In this document: positions 1 to 12,500 of the stretch, piece by piece | Layout: every line of letters begins with the position of its first letter | Position numbering within the stretch: the first letter of the stretch is position 1 | NCBI GenBank assembly: GCA_964057225.1 | Contig: OZ059900.1 | Span: 21,452,001 to 21,516,000, forward strand | Origin: Auanema rhodensis | Taxonomy: Eukaryota; Animalia; Nematoda | Length of the DNA: 64,000 bases | Direction: 5' to 3' | The notes under the pieces: generated by a model | What the model was told of the DNA's origin: nothing | The model's database searches: none | The model's input: the letters and a program-made list of their open reading frames with translations, nothing else | Position numbers and translations under genes: made by a program

Positions 1-341
1 TAGTTCCACTTTCACGACAAAAAACAGGGGTTAGAAAATTAAGGAAATTAGCATATTCTGAGGGCACGCCCCTTATGGCTTATATTGATTAAATCGATTT
101 TTGTTCATATGAGTCGTCAAATGCAACGAATTTCAGCGTGTTACATACTATAATGGAGTATTTTACATGCTGAACACTAGAAAAATACAAAAACACAGTA
201 TTTCCCATGAGAAATATTTTATTATGCTGGAAAACCAGTTTTTGGAAATTTCGCTGTAAACAAGGTTTTGACTTACGATTTCATGTGTTCGAACTCATGC
301 AATGTCAATGAAACCTAGCTCAAAATTGTTCCTACAACGTC
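1..341 (+). repeat. Reference monomer (341-bp A6 variant); the phase is arbitrary and set by the window start
   Basis: Unit runs tagttccact...cctacaacgtc and the next copy starts at 342. Manual count gives 117 G+C of 341 (~34%). Confidence 0.97.
249..265 (+). other. Degenerate CENP-B-box-like 17-mer, one per monomer; function unsupported
   Basis: TTTCGCTGTAAACAAGG matches 7 of 9 core positions of NTTCGNNNNANNCGGGN and 11 of 17 of CTTCGTTGGAAACGGGA. CGGG is replaced by CAAG. Confidence 0.25.
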
Positions 342-472
342 TAGTTCCACTTTCACGACAAAAAACAGGGGTTAGAAAATTAAGGAAATTAGCATATTCT
401 GAGGGCACGCCCCTTATGGCTAATATTGATTAAATCGATTTTTGTTCATATGAGTCGTCAAATGCAACGAAT

Positions 473-515
473 TTCAGCGTGTTACATACTAAAATGAAGC
501 ATTTTACATGCTGAA
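473..515. other. Imperfect inverted repeat (potential hairpin or cruciform), one per monomer
   Basis: TTCAGCGTG-ttacatac-TAAAATG-aag-CATTTTA-CATGCTGAA has a 7-bp inner stem, an 8-nt bulge and a 9-bp outer stem with one G:T pair. Confidence 0.55.
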
Positions 516-3500
516 CACTAAAAAAATACAAAAACACAGTATTTCCCATGAGAAATATTTTATTATGCTGGAAAACCAGTTTTTGGAAATTTCGCTGTAA
601 ACAAGGTTTTGACTTACGATTTCATGTGTTCAAACTCATGCAATGTCAATGAAACCTAGCTCAAAATTGTTCCTACAACGTCTAATTCCACTTTCACGAC
701 AAAAAAACAGGGGTTAGAAAATTAAGGAAATTAGCATATTCTGAGGGCACGCCCCTTATGGCTAATATTGATTAAATCGATTTTTGTTCATATGAGTCGT
801 CAAATGCAACGAATTTCAGCGTGTTACATACTAAAATGAAGTATTTTACATGCTGAACACTAGAAAAATACAAAAACACAGTATTTCCCATGAGAAATAT
901 TTTATTATGCTGGAAAACCAGTTTTTGGAAATTTCGCTGTAAACAAGGTTTTGACTTACGATTTCATGTGTTCAAACTCATGCAATGTCAATGAAACCTA
1001 GCTCAAAATTGTTCCTACAACGTCTAGTTCCACTTTCACGACAAAAAACAGGGGTTAGAAAATTAAGGAAATTAGCATATTCTGAGGGCACGCCCCTTAT
1101 GGCTTATATTGATTAAATCGATTTTTGTTCATATGAGTCGTCAAATGCAACGAATTTCAGCGTGTTACATACTAAAATGGAGTATTTTACATGCTGAACA
1201 CTAGAAAAATACAAAAACACAGTATTTCCCATGAGAAATATTTTATTATGCTGGAAAACCAGTTTTTGGAAATTTCGCTGTAAACAAGGTTTTGACTTAC
1301 GATTTCATGTGTTCGAACTCATGCAATGTCAATGAAACCTAGCTCAAAATTGTTCCTACAACGTCTAGTTCCACTTTCACGACAAAAAACAGGGGTTAGA
1401 AAATTAAGGAAATTAGCATATTCTGAGGGCACGCCCCTTATGGCTAATATTGATTAAATCGATTTTTGTTCATATGAGTCGTCAAATGCAACGAATTTCA
1501 GCGTGTTACATACTAAAATGAAGCATTTTACATGCTGAACACTAGAAAAATACAAAAACACAGTATTTCCCATGAGAAATATTTTATTATGCTGGAAAAC
1601 CAGTTTTTGGAAATTTCGCTGTAAACAAGGTTTTGACTTACGATTTCATGTGTTCAAACTCATGCAATGTCAATGAAACCTAGCTCAAAATTGTTCCTAC
1701 AACGTCTAATTCCACTTTCACGACAAAAAAACAGGGGTTAGAAAATTAAGGAAATTAGCATATTCTGAGGGCACGCCCCTTATGGCTAATATTGATTAAA
1801 TCGATTTTTGTTCATATGAGTCGTCAAATGCAACGAATTTCAGCGTGTTACATACTAAAATGAAGCATTTTACATGCTGAACACTATAAAAATACAAAAA
1901 CACAGTATTTCCCATGAGAAATATTTTATTATGCTGGAAAACCAGTTTTTGGAAATTTCGCTGTAAACAAGGTTTTGACTTACGATTTCATGTGTTCAAA
2001 CTCATGCAATGTCAATGAAACCTAGCTCAAAATTGTTCCTACAACGTCTAATTCCACTTTCACGACAAAAAAACAGGGGTTAGAAAATTAAGGAAATTAG
2101 CATATTCTGAGGGCACGCCCCTTATGGCTAATATTGATTAAATCGATTTTTGTTCATATGAGTCGTCAAATGCAACGAATTTTAGCGTGTTACATACTAA
2201 AATGAAGCATTTTTCATGCTGAACACTAGAAAAATACAAAAACACAGTATTTCCCATGAGAAATATTTTATTATGCTGGAAAACCAGTTTTTGGAAATTT
2301 CGCTGTAAACAAGGTTTTGACTTACGATTTCATGTGTTCAAACTCATGCAATGTCAATGAAACCTAGCTCAAAATTGTTCGTACAACGTCTAGTTCCACT
2401 TTCACGACAAAAAAACAGGGGTTCGAAAATTAAGGAAATTAGCATATTCTGAGGGCACGCCCCTTATGGCTAATATTGATTAAATCGATTTTTGTTCATA
2501 TGAGTCGTCAAATGCAACAAATTTCAGCGTGTTACATACTAAAATGAAGCATTTTACAAGCTGAACACTAGAAAAATACAAAAACACAGTTTTTCCCATG
2601 AGAAATATTTTATTATGCTGGAAAACCAGTTTTTGGAAATTTCGCTGTAAACAAGGTTTTGACTTACGATTTCATGTGTTCAAACTCATGCAATGTCAAT
2701 GAAACCTAGCTCAAAATTGTTCGTACAACGTCTAGTTCCACTTTCACGACAAAAAAACAGGGGTTAGAAAATTAAGGAAATTAGCATATTCTGAGGGCAC
2801 GCCCCTTATGGCTAATATTGATTAAATCGATTTTTGTTCATATGAGTCGTCAAATGCAACGAATTTCAGCGTGTTACATACTAAAATGAAGCATTTTACA
2901 TGCTGAACACTATAAAAATACAAAAACACAGTATTTCCCATGAGAAATATTTTATTATGCTGGAAAACCAGTTTTTGGAAATTTCGCTGTAAACAAGGTT
3001 TTGACTTACGATTTCATGTGTTCAAACTCATGCAATGTCAATGAAACCTAGCTCAAAATTGTTCCTACAACGTCTAATTCCACTTTCACGACAAAAAAAC
3101 AGGGGTTAGAAAATTAAGGAAATTAGCATATTCTGAGGGCACGCCCCTTATGGCTAATATTGATTAAATCGATTTTTGTTCATATGAGTCGTCAAATGCA
3201 ACGAATTTTAGCGTGTTACATACTAAAATGAAGCATTTTACATGCTGAACACTAGAAAAATACAAAAACACAGTATTTCCCATGAGAAATATTTTATTAT
3301 GCTGGAAAACCAGTTTTTGGAAATTTCGCTGTAAACAAGGTTTTGACTTACGATTTCATGTGTTCAAACTCATGCAATGTCAATGAAACCTAGCTCAAAA
3401 TTGTTCGTACAACGTCTAGTTCCACTTTCACGACAAAAAAACAGGGGTTCGAAAATTAAGGAAATTAGCATATTCTGAGGGCACGCCCCTTATGGCTAAT

Positions 3501-6500
3501 ATTGATTAAATCGATTTTTGTTCATATGAGTCGTCAAATGCAACAAATTTCAGCGTGTTACATACTAAAATGAAGCATTTTACAAGCTGAACACTAGAAA
3601 AATACAAAAACACAGTTTTTCCCATGAGAAATATTTTATTATGCTGGAAAACCAGTTTTTGGAAATTTCGCTGTAAACAAGGTTTTGACTTACGATTTCA
3701 TGTGTTCAAACTCATGCAATGTCAATGAAACCTAGCTCAAAATTGTTCGTACAACGTCTAGTTCCACTTTCACGACAAAAAAACAGGGGTTAGAAAATTT
3801 AGGAAATTAGCATATTCTGAGGGCACGCCCCTTATGGCTAATATTGATTAAATCGATTTTGGTTCATATGAGTCGTCAAATGCAACGAATTTCAGCGTGT
3901 TACATACTAAAATGAAGCATTTTACATGCTGAACACTAGAAAAATACAAAAACACAGTTTTACCCATGAGAAATATTTTATTATGCTGGAAAACCAGTTT
4001 TTGGAAATTTCGCTGTAAACAAGGTTTTGACTTACGATTTCATGTGTTCAAACTCATGCAATGTCAATGAAACCTAGCTCAAAATTGTTCGTACAACGTC
4101 TAGTTCCACTTTCACGACAAAAAAACAGGGGTTAGAAAATTTAGGAAATTAGCATATTCTGAGGGCACGCCCCTTATGGCTAATATTGATTAAATCGATT
4201 TTTGTTCATATGAGTCGTCAAATGCAACGAATTTCAGCGTGTTACATACTAAAATGAAGTATTTTACATGCTGAACACTAGAAAAATACAAAAACACAGT
4301 ATTTCCCATGAGAAATATTTTATTATGCTGGAAAACCAGTTTTTGGAAATTTCGCTGTAAACAAGGTTTTGACTTACGATTTCATGTGTTCAAACTCATG
4401 CAATGTCAATGAAACCTTGCTCAAAATTGTTCCTACAACGTCTAGTTCCACTTTCACGACAAAAAAACAGGGGTTAGAAAATTAAGGAAATTAGCATATT
4501 CTGAGGGCACGCCCCTTATGGCTAATATTGATTAAATCGATTTTTGTTCATATGAGTCGTCAAATGAAACGAATTTCAGGGTGTTACATACTAAAATGAA
4601 GCATTTTACATGCTGAACACTATAAAAATACAAAAACACAGTATTTCCCATGAGAAATATTTTATTATGCTGGAAAACCAGTTTTTGGAAAGTTCGCTGT
4701 AAACAAGGTTTTGACTTACGATTTCATGTGTTCAAACTCATGCAATGTCAATGAAACCTTGCTCAAAATTGTTTCTACAACGTCTAGTTCCACTTTCACG
4801 ACAAAAAAACAGGGGTTAGAAAATTAAGGAAATTAGCATATTCTGAGGGCACGCCCCTTATGGCTAATATTGATTAAATCGATTTTTGTTCATATGAGTC
4901 GTCAAATGAAACGAATTTCAGGGTGTTACATACTAAAATGAAGCATTTTACATGCTGAACACTATAAAAATACAAAAACTTAGTATTTCCCATGAGAAAT
5001 ATTTTATTATGCTGGAAAACCAGTTTTTGGAAAGTTCGCTGTAAACAAGGTTTTGACTTACGATTTCATGTGTTCAAACTCATGCAATGTCAATGAAACC
5101 TAGCTCAAAATTGTTCCTACAACGTCTTATTCCACTTTCACGACAAAAAAACAGGGGTTAGAAAATTAAGGAAATTAGCATATTCTGAGGGCACGCCCCT
5201 TATGGCTAATATTGATTAAATCGATTTTTGTTCATATGAGTCGTCAAATGCAACGAATTTCAGCGTGTTACATACTTAAATGAAGTATTTTACATGCTGA
5301 ACACTAGAAAAATACAAAAACACAGTATTTCCCATGAGAAATATTTTATTATGCTGGAAAACCAGTTTTTGGAAATTTCGCTGTAAACAAGGTTTTGACT
5401 TACGATTTCATGTGTTCAAACTCATGCAATGTCAATGAAACCTAGCTCAAAATTGTTCCTACAACGTCTAGTTCCACTTTCACGACAAAAAACAGGGGTT
5501 AGAAAATTAAGGAAATTAGCATATTCTGAGGGCACGCCCCTTATGGCTTATATTGATTAAATCGATTTTTGTTCATATGAGTCGTCAAATGCAACGAATT
5601 TCAGCGTGTTACATACTAAAATGGAGTATTTTACATGCTGAACACTATAAAAATACAAAAACACAGTATTTCCCATGAGAAATATTTTATTATGCTGGAA
5701 AACCAGTTTTTGGAAATTTCGCTGTAAACAAGGTTTTGACTTACGATTTCATGTGTTCAAACTCATGCAATGTCAATGAAACCTAGCTCAAAATTGTTCT
5801 ACAACGTCTAATTCCACTTTCACGACAAAAAAACAGGGGTTAGAAAATTAAGGAAATTAGCATATTCTGAGGGCACGCCCCTTATGGCTAATATTGATTA
5901 AATCGATTTTTGTTCATATGAGTCGTCAAATGCAACGAATTTCAGCGTGTTACATACTAAAATGGAGCATTTTACATGCTGAACACTAGAAAAATACAAA
6001 AACACAGTATTTCCCATGAGAAATATTTTATTATGCTGGAAAACCAGTTTTTGGAAATTTCGCTGTAAACAAGGTTTTGACTTACGATTTCATGTGTTCA
6101 AACTCATGCAATGTCAATGAAACCTAGCTCAAAATTGTTCGTACAACGTCTAGTTCCACTTTCACGACAAAAAAACAGGGGTTAGAAAATTAAGGAAATT
6201 AGCATATTCTGAGGGCACGCCCCTTATGGCTAATATTGATTAAATCGATTTTTGTTCATATGAGTCGTCAAATGCAACGAATTTCAGCGTGTTACATACT
6301 AAAATGAAGCATTTTACATGCTGAACACTAGAAAAATACAAAAACACAGTATTTCCCATGAGAAATATTTTATTATGCTGGAAAACCAGTTTTTGGAAAT
6401 TTCGCTGTAAACAAGGTTTTGACTTACGATTTCATGTGTTCAAACTCATGCAATGTCAATGAAACCTAGCTCAAATTTGTTCGTACAACGTCTAGTTTCA

Positions 6501-9500
6501 CTTTCACGACAAAAAAACAGGGGTTAGAAAATTAAGGAAATTAGCATATTCTGAGGGCACGCCCCTTATGGCTAATATTGATTAAATCGATTTTTGTTCA
6601 TATGAGTCGTCAAATGCAACAAATTTCAGCGTGTTACATACTAAAATGAAGCATTTTACAAGCTGAACACTAGAAAAATACAAAAACACAGTTTTTCCCA
6701 TGAGAAATATTTTATTATGCTGGAAAACCAGTTTTTGGAAATTTCGCTGTAAACAAGGTTTTGACTTACGATTTCATGTGTTCAAACTCATGCAATGTCA
6801 ATGAAACCTAGCTCAAAATTGTTCGTACAACGTCTAGTTCCACTTTCACGACAAAAAAACAGGGGTTAGAAAATTTAGGAAATTAGCATATTCTGAGGGC
6901 ACGCCCCTTATGGCTAATATTGATTAAATCGATTTTGGTTCATATGAGTCGTCAAATGCAACGAATTTCAGCGTGTTACATACTAAAATGAAGCATTTTA
7001 CATGCTGAACACTAGAAAAATACAAAAACACAGTTTTACCCATGAGAAATATTTTATTATGCTGGAAAACCAGTTTTTGGAAATTTCGCTGTAAACAAGG
7101 TTTTGACTTACGATTTCATGTGTTCAAACTCATGCAATGTCAATGAAACCTAGCTCAAAATTGTTCGTACAACGTCTAGTTCCACTTTCACGACAAAAAA
7201 ACAGGGGTTAGAAAATTTGGGAAATTAGCATATTCTGAGGGCACGCCCCTTATGGCTAATATTGATTAAATCGATTTTTGTTCATATGAGTCGTCAAATG
7301 CAACGAATTTCAGCGTGTTACATACTAAAATGAAGCATTTTACATGCTGAACACTAGAAAAATACAAAAACACAGTATTTCCCATGAGAAATATTTTATT
7401 ATGCTGGAAAACCAGTTTTTGGAAATTTCGCTGTAAACAAGGTTTTGACTTACGATTTCATGTGTTCAAACTCATGCAATGTCAATGAAACCTAGCTCAA
7501 AATTGTTCCTACAACGTCTAGTTCCACTTTCACGACAAAAAACAGGGGTTAGAAAATTAAGGAAATTAGCATATTCTGAGGGCACGCCCCTTATGGCTAA
7601 TATTGATTAAATCGATTTTTGTTCATATGAGTCGTCAAATGCAACGAATTTCAGCGTGTTACATACTAAAATGAAGCATTTTACATGCTGAACACTAGAA
7701 AAATACAAAAACACAGTATTTCCCATGAGAAATATTTTATTATGCTGGAAAACCAGTTTTTGGAAATTTCGCTGTAAACAAGGTTTTGACTTACGATTTC
7801 ATGTGTTCAAACTCATGCAATGTCAATGAAACCTAGCTCAAAATTGTTCGTACAACGTCTAGTTCCACTTTCACGACAAAAAAACAGGGGTTAGAAAATT
7901 TAGGAAATTAGCATATTCTGAGGGCACGCCCCTTATGGCTAATATTGATTAAATCGATTTTTGTTCATATGAGTCGTCAAATGCAACGAATTTCAGCGTG
8001 TTACATACTAAAATGAAGCATTTTACATGCTGAACACTAGAAAAATACAAAAACACAGTATTTCCCATGAGAAATATTTTATTATGCTGGAAAACCAGTT
8101 TTTGGAAATTTCGCTGTAAACAAGGTTTTGACTTACGATTTCATGTGTTCAAACTCATGCAATGTCAATGAAACCTAGCTCAAAATTGTTCCTACAACGT
8201 CTAGTTCCACTTTCACGACAAAAAACAGGGGTTAGAAAATTAAGGAAATTAGCATATTCTGAGGGCACGCCCCTTATGGCTAATATTGATTAAATCGATT
8301 TTTGTTCATATGAGTCGTCAAATGCAACGAATTTCAGCGTGTTACATACTAAAATGAAGCATTTTACATGCTGAACACTAGAAAAATACAAAAACACAGT
8401 ATTTCCCATGAGAAATATTTTATTATGCTGGAAAACCAGTTTTTGGAAATTTCGCTGTAAACAAGGTTTTGACTTACGATTTCATGTGTTCAAACTCATG
8501 CAATGTCAATGAAACCTAGCTCAAAATTGTTCGTACAACGTCTAGTTCCACTTTCACGACAAAAAAACAGGGGTTAGAAAATTAAGGAAATTAGCATATT
8601 CTGAGGGCACGCCCCTTATGGCTAATATTGATTAAATCGATTTTGGTTCATATGAGTCGTCAAATGCAACGAATTTCAGCGTGTTACATACTAAAATGAA
8701 GCATTTTACATGCTGAACACTAGAAAAATACAAAAACACAGTTTTACCCATGAGAAATATTTTATTATGCTGGAAAACCAGTTTTTGGAAATTTCGCTGT
8801 AAACAAGGTTTTGACTTACGATTTCATGTGTTCAAACTCATGCAATGTCAATGAAACCTAGCTCAAAATTGTTCGTACAACGTCTAGTTCCACTTTCACG
8901 ACAAAAAAACAGGGGTTAGAAAATTTGGGAAATTAGCATATTCTGAGGGCACGCCCCTTATGGCTAATATTGATTAAATCGATTTTTGTTCATATGAGTC
9001 GTCAAATGCAACGAATTTCAGCGTGTTACATACTAAAATGAAGCATTTTACATGCTGAACACTAGAAAAATACAAAAACACAGTATTTCCCATGAGAAAT
9101 ATTTTATTATGCTGGAAAACCAGTTTTTGGAAATTTCGCTGTAAACAAGGTTTTGACTTACGATTTCATGTGTTCAAACTCATGCAATGTCAATGAAACC
9201 TAGCTCAAAATTGTTCCTACAACGTCTAGTTCCACTTTCACGACAAAAAACAGGGGTTAGAAAATTAAGGAAATTAGCATATTCTGAGGGCACGCCCCTT
9301 ATGGCTAATATTGATTAAATCGATTTTTGTTCATATGAGTCGTCAAATGCAACGAATTTCAGCGTGTTACATACTAAAATGAAGCATTTTACATGCTGAA
9401 CACTAGAAAAATACAAAAACACAGTATTTCCCATGAGAAATATTTTATTATGCTGGAAAACCAGTTTTTGGAAATTTCGCTGTAAACAAGGTTTTGACTT

Positions 9501-12500
9501 ACGATTTCATGTGTTCAAACTCATGCAATGTCAATGAAACCTAGCTCAAAATTGTTCCTACAACGTCTAATTCCACTTTCACGACAAAAAAACAGGGGTT
9601 AGAAAATTAAGGAAATTAGCATATTCTGAGGGCACGCCCCTTATGGCTAATATTGATTAAATCGATTTTTGTTCATATGAGTCGTCAAATGCAACGAATT
9701 TCAGCGCGTTACATACTAAAATGAAGCATTTTACATGCTGAACACTATAAAAATACAAAAACACAGTATTTCCCATGAGAAATATTTTATTATGCTGGAA
9801 AACCAGTTTTTGGAAATTTCGCTGTAAACAAGGTTTTGACTTACGATTTCATGTGTTCAAACTCATGCAATGTCAATGAAACCTAGCTCAAAATTGTTCC
9901 TACAACGTCTAATTCCACTTTCACGACAAAAAAACAGGGGTTAGAAAATTAAGGAAATTAGCATATTCTGAGGGCACGCCCCTTATGGCTAATATTGATT
10001 AAATCGATTTTTGTTCATATGAGTCGTCAAATGCAACGAATTTTAGCGTGTTACATACTAAAATGAAGCATTTTACATGCTGAACACTAGAAAAATACAA
10101 AAACACAGTATTTCCCATGAGAAATATTTTATTATGCTGGAAAACCAGTTTTTGGAAATTTCGCTGTAAACAAGGTTTTGACTTACGATTTCATGTGTTC
10201 AAACTCATGCAATGTCAATGAAACCTAGCTCAAAATTGTTCGTACAACGTCTAGTTCCACTTTCACGACAAAAAAACAGGGGTTAGAAAATTAAGGAAAT
10301 TAGCATATTCTGAGGGCACGCCCCTTATGGCTAATATTGTTTAAATCGATTTTTGTTCATATGAGTCGTCAAATGCAACGAATTTCAGCGTGTTACATAC
10401 TAAAATGAAGCATTTTACATGCTGAACACTAGAAAAATACAAAAACACAGTATTTCCCATGAGAAATATTTTATTATGCTGGAAAACCAGTTTTTGGAAA
10501 TTTCGCTGTAAACAAGGTTTTGACTTACGATTTCATGTGTTCAAACTCATGCAATGTCAATGAAACCTTGCTCAAAATTGTTCCTACAACGTCTAGTTCC
10601 ACTTTCACGACAAAAAAACAGGGGTTAGAAAATTAAGGAAATTAGCATATTCTGAGGGCACGCCCCTTATGGCTAATATTGATTAAATCGATTTTTGTTC
10701 ATATGAGTCGTCAAATGCAACAAATTTCAGCGTGTTACATACTAAAATGAAGCATTTTACATGCTGAACACTAGAAAAATACAAAAACACAGTTTTTCCC
10801 ATGAGAAATATTTTATTATGCTGGAAAACCAGTTTTTGGAAATTTCGCTGTAAACAAGGTTTTGACTTACGATTTCATGTGTTCAAACTCATGCAATGTC
10901 AATGAAACCTAGCTCAAAATTGTTCCTACAACGTCTAGTTCCACTTTCACGACAAAAAAACAGGGGTTAGAAAATTTAGGAAATTAGCATATTCTGAGGG
11001 CACGCCCCTTATGGCTAATATTGATTAAATCGATTTTTGTTCATATGAGTCGTCAAATGCAACGAATTTCAGCGTATTACATACTAAAATGAAGTATTTC
11101 ACATGCTGAACACTAGAAAAATACAAAAACACAGTATTTCCCATGAGAAATATTTTATTATGCTGGAAAACCAGTTTTTGGAAATTTCACTGTAAACAAG
11201 GTTTTGACTTACGATTTCATGTGTTCAAACTCATGCAATGTCAATGAAACCTTGCTCAAAATTGTTCCTACAACGTCTAGTTCCACTTTCACGACAAAAA
11301 AACAGGGGTTAGAAAATTAAGGAAATTAGCATATTCTGAGGGCACGCCCCTTATGGCTAATATTGATTAAATCGATTTTTGTTCATATGAGTCGTCAAAT
11401 GAAACGAATTTCAGGGTGTTACATACTAAAATGAAGCATTTTACATGCTGAACACTATAAAAATACAAAAACACAGTATTTCCCATGAGAAATATTTTAT
11501 TATGCTGGAAAACCAGTTTTTGGAAAGTTCGCTGTAAACAAGGTTTTGACTTACGATTTCATGTGTTCAAACTCATGCAATGTCAATGAAACCTAGCTCA
11601 AAATTGTTCCTACAACGTCTAATTCCACTTTCACGACAAAAAAACAGGGGTTAGAAAATTAAGGAAATTAGCACATTCTGAGGGCACGCCCCTTATGGCT
11701 AATATTGATTAAATCGATTTTTGTTCATATGAGTCGTCAAATGCAACAAATTTCAGCGTGTTACATACTAAAATGAAGTATTTTACATGCTGAACACTAG
11801 AAAAATACAAAAACACAGTTTTTCCCATGAGAAATATTTTATTATGCTGGAAAACCAGTTTTTGGAAATTTCGCTGTAAACAAGGTTTTGACTTACGATT
11901 TCATGTGTTCAAACTCATGCAATGTCAATGAAACCTAGCTCAAAATTGTTCCTACAACGTCTAGTTCCACTTTCACGACAAAAAAACAGGGGTTAGAAAA
12001 TTTAGGAAATTAGCATATTCTGAGGGCACGCCCCTTATGGCTAATATTGATTAAATCGATTTTTGTTCATATGAGTCGTCAAATGCATTGAATTTCAGCG
12101 TATTACATACTAAAATGAAGTATTTCACATGCTGAACACTAGAAAAATACAAAAACACAGTATTTCCCATGAGAAATATTTTATTATGCTGGAAAACCAG
12201 TTTTTGGAAATTTCGCTGTAAACATGGTTTTGACTTACGATTTCATGTGTTCAAACTCATGCAATGTCAATGAAACCTTGCTCAAAATTGTTCCTACAAC
12301 GTCTAGTTCCACTTTCACGACAAAAAAACAGGGGTTAGAAAATTAAGGAAATTAGCATATTCTGAGGGCACGCCCCTTATGGCTAATATTGATTAAATCG
12401 ATTTTTGTTCATATGAGTCGTCAAATGCAACGAATTTCAGCGTGTTACATACTAAAATGAAGCATTTTACATGCTGAACACTATAAAAATACAAAAACAC

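Noticed and set aside
1-341. Tandem 5S rRNA, tRNA, snRNA or spliced-leader gene cluster
   Set aside because: I recognise no RNA-gene sequence, cloverleaf or Pol III internal boxes, and no conserved-gene versus variable-spacer partition. An Rfam search would be definitive.
1-341. Assignment to a named satellite family or species, such as primate alpha satellite or ~340-bp insect satellites
   Set aside because: Only length and AT content are similar. I cannot confirm sequence homology without a database search.
3787-3811. Telomere-like words GGGTTAG, TTAGG and TTAGC
   Set aside because: They are isolated single words rather than tandem repeats, and are expected by chance.
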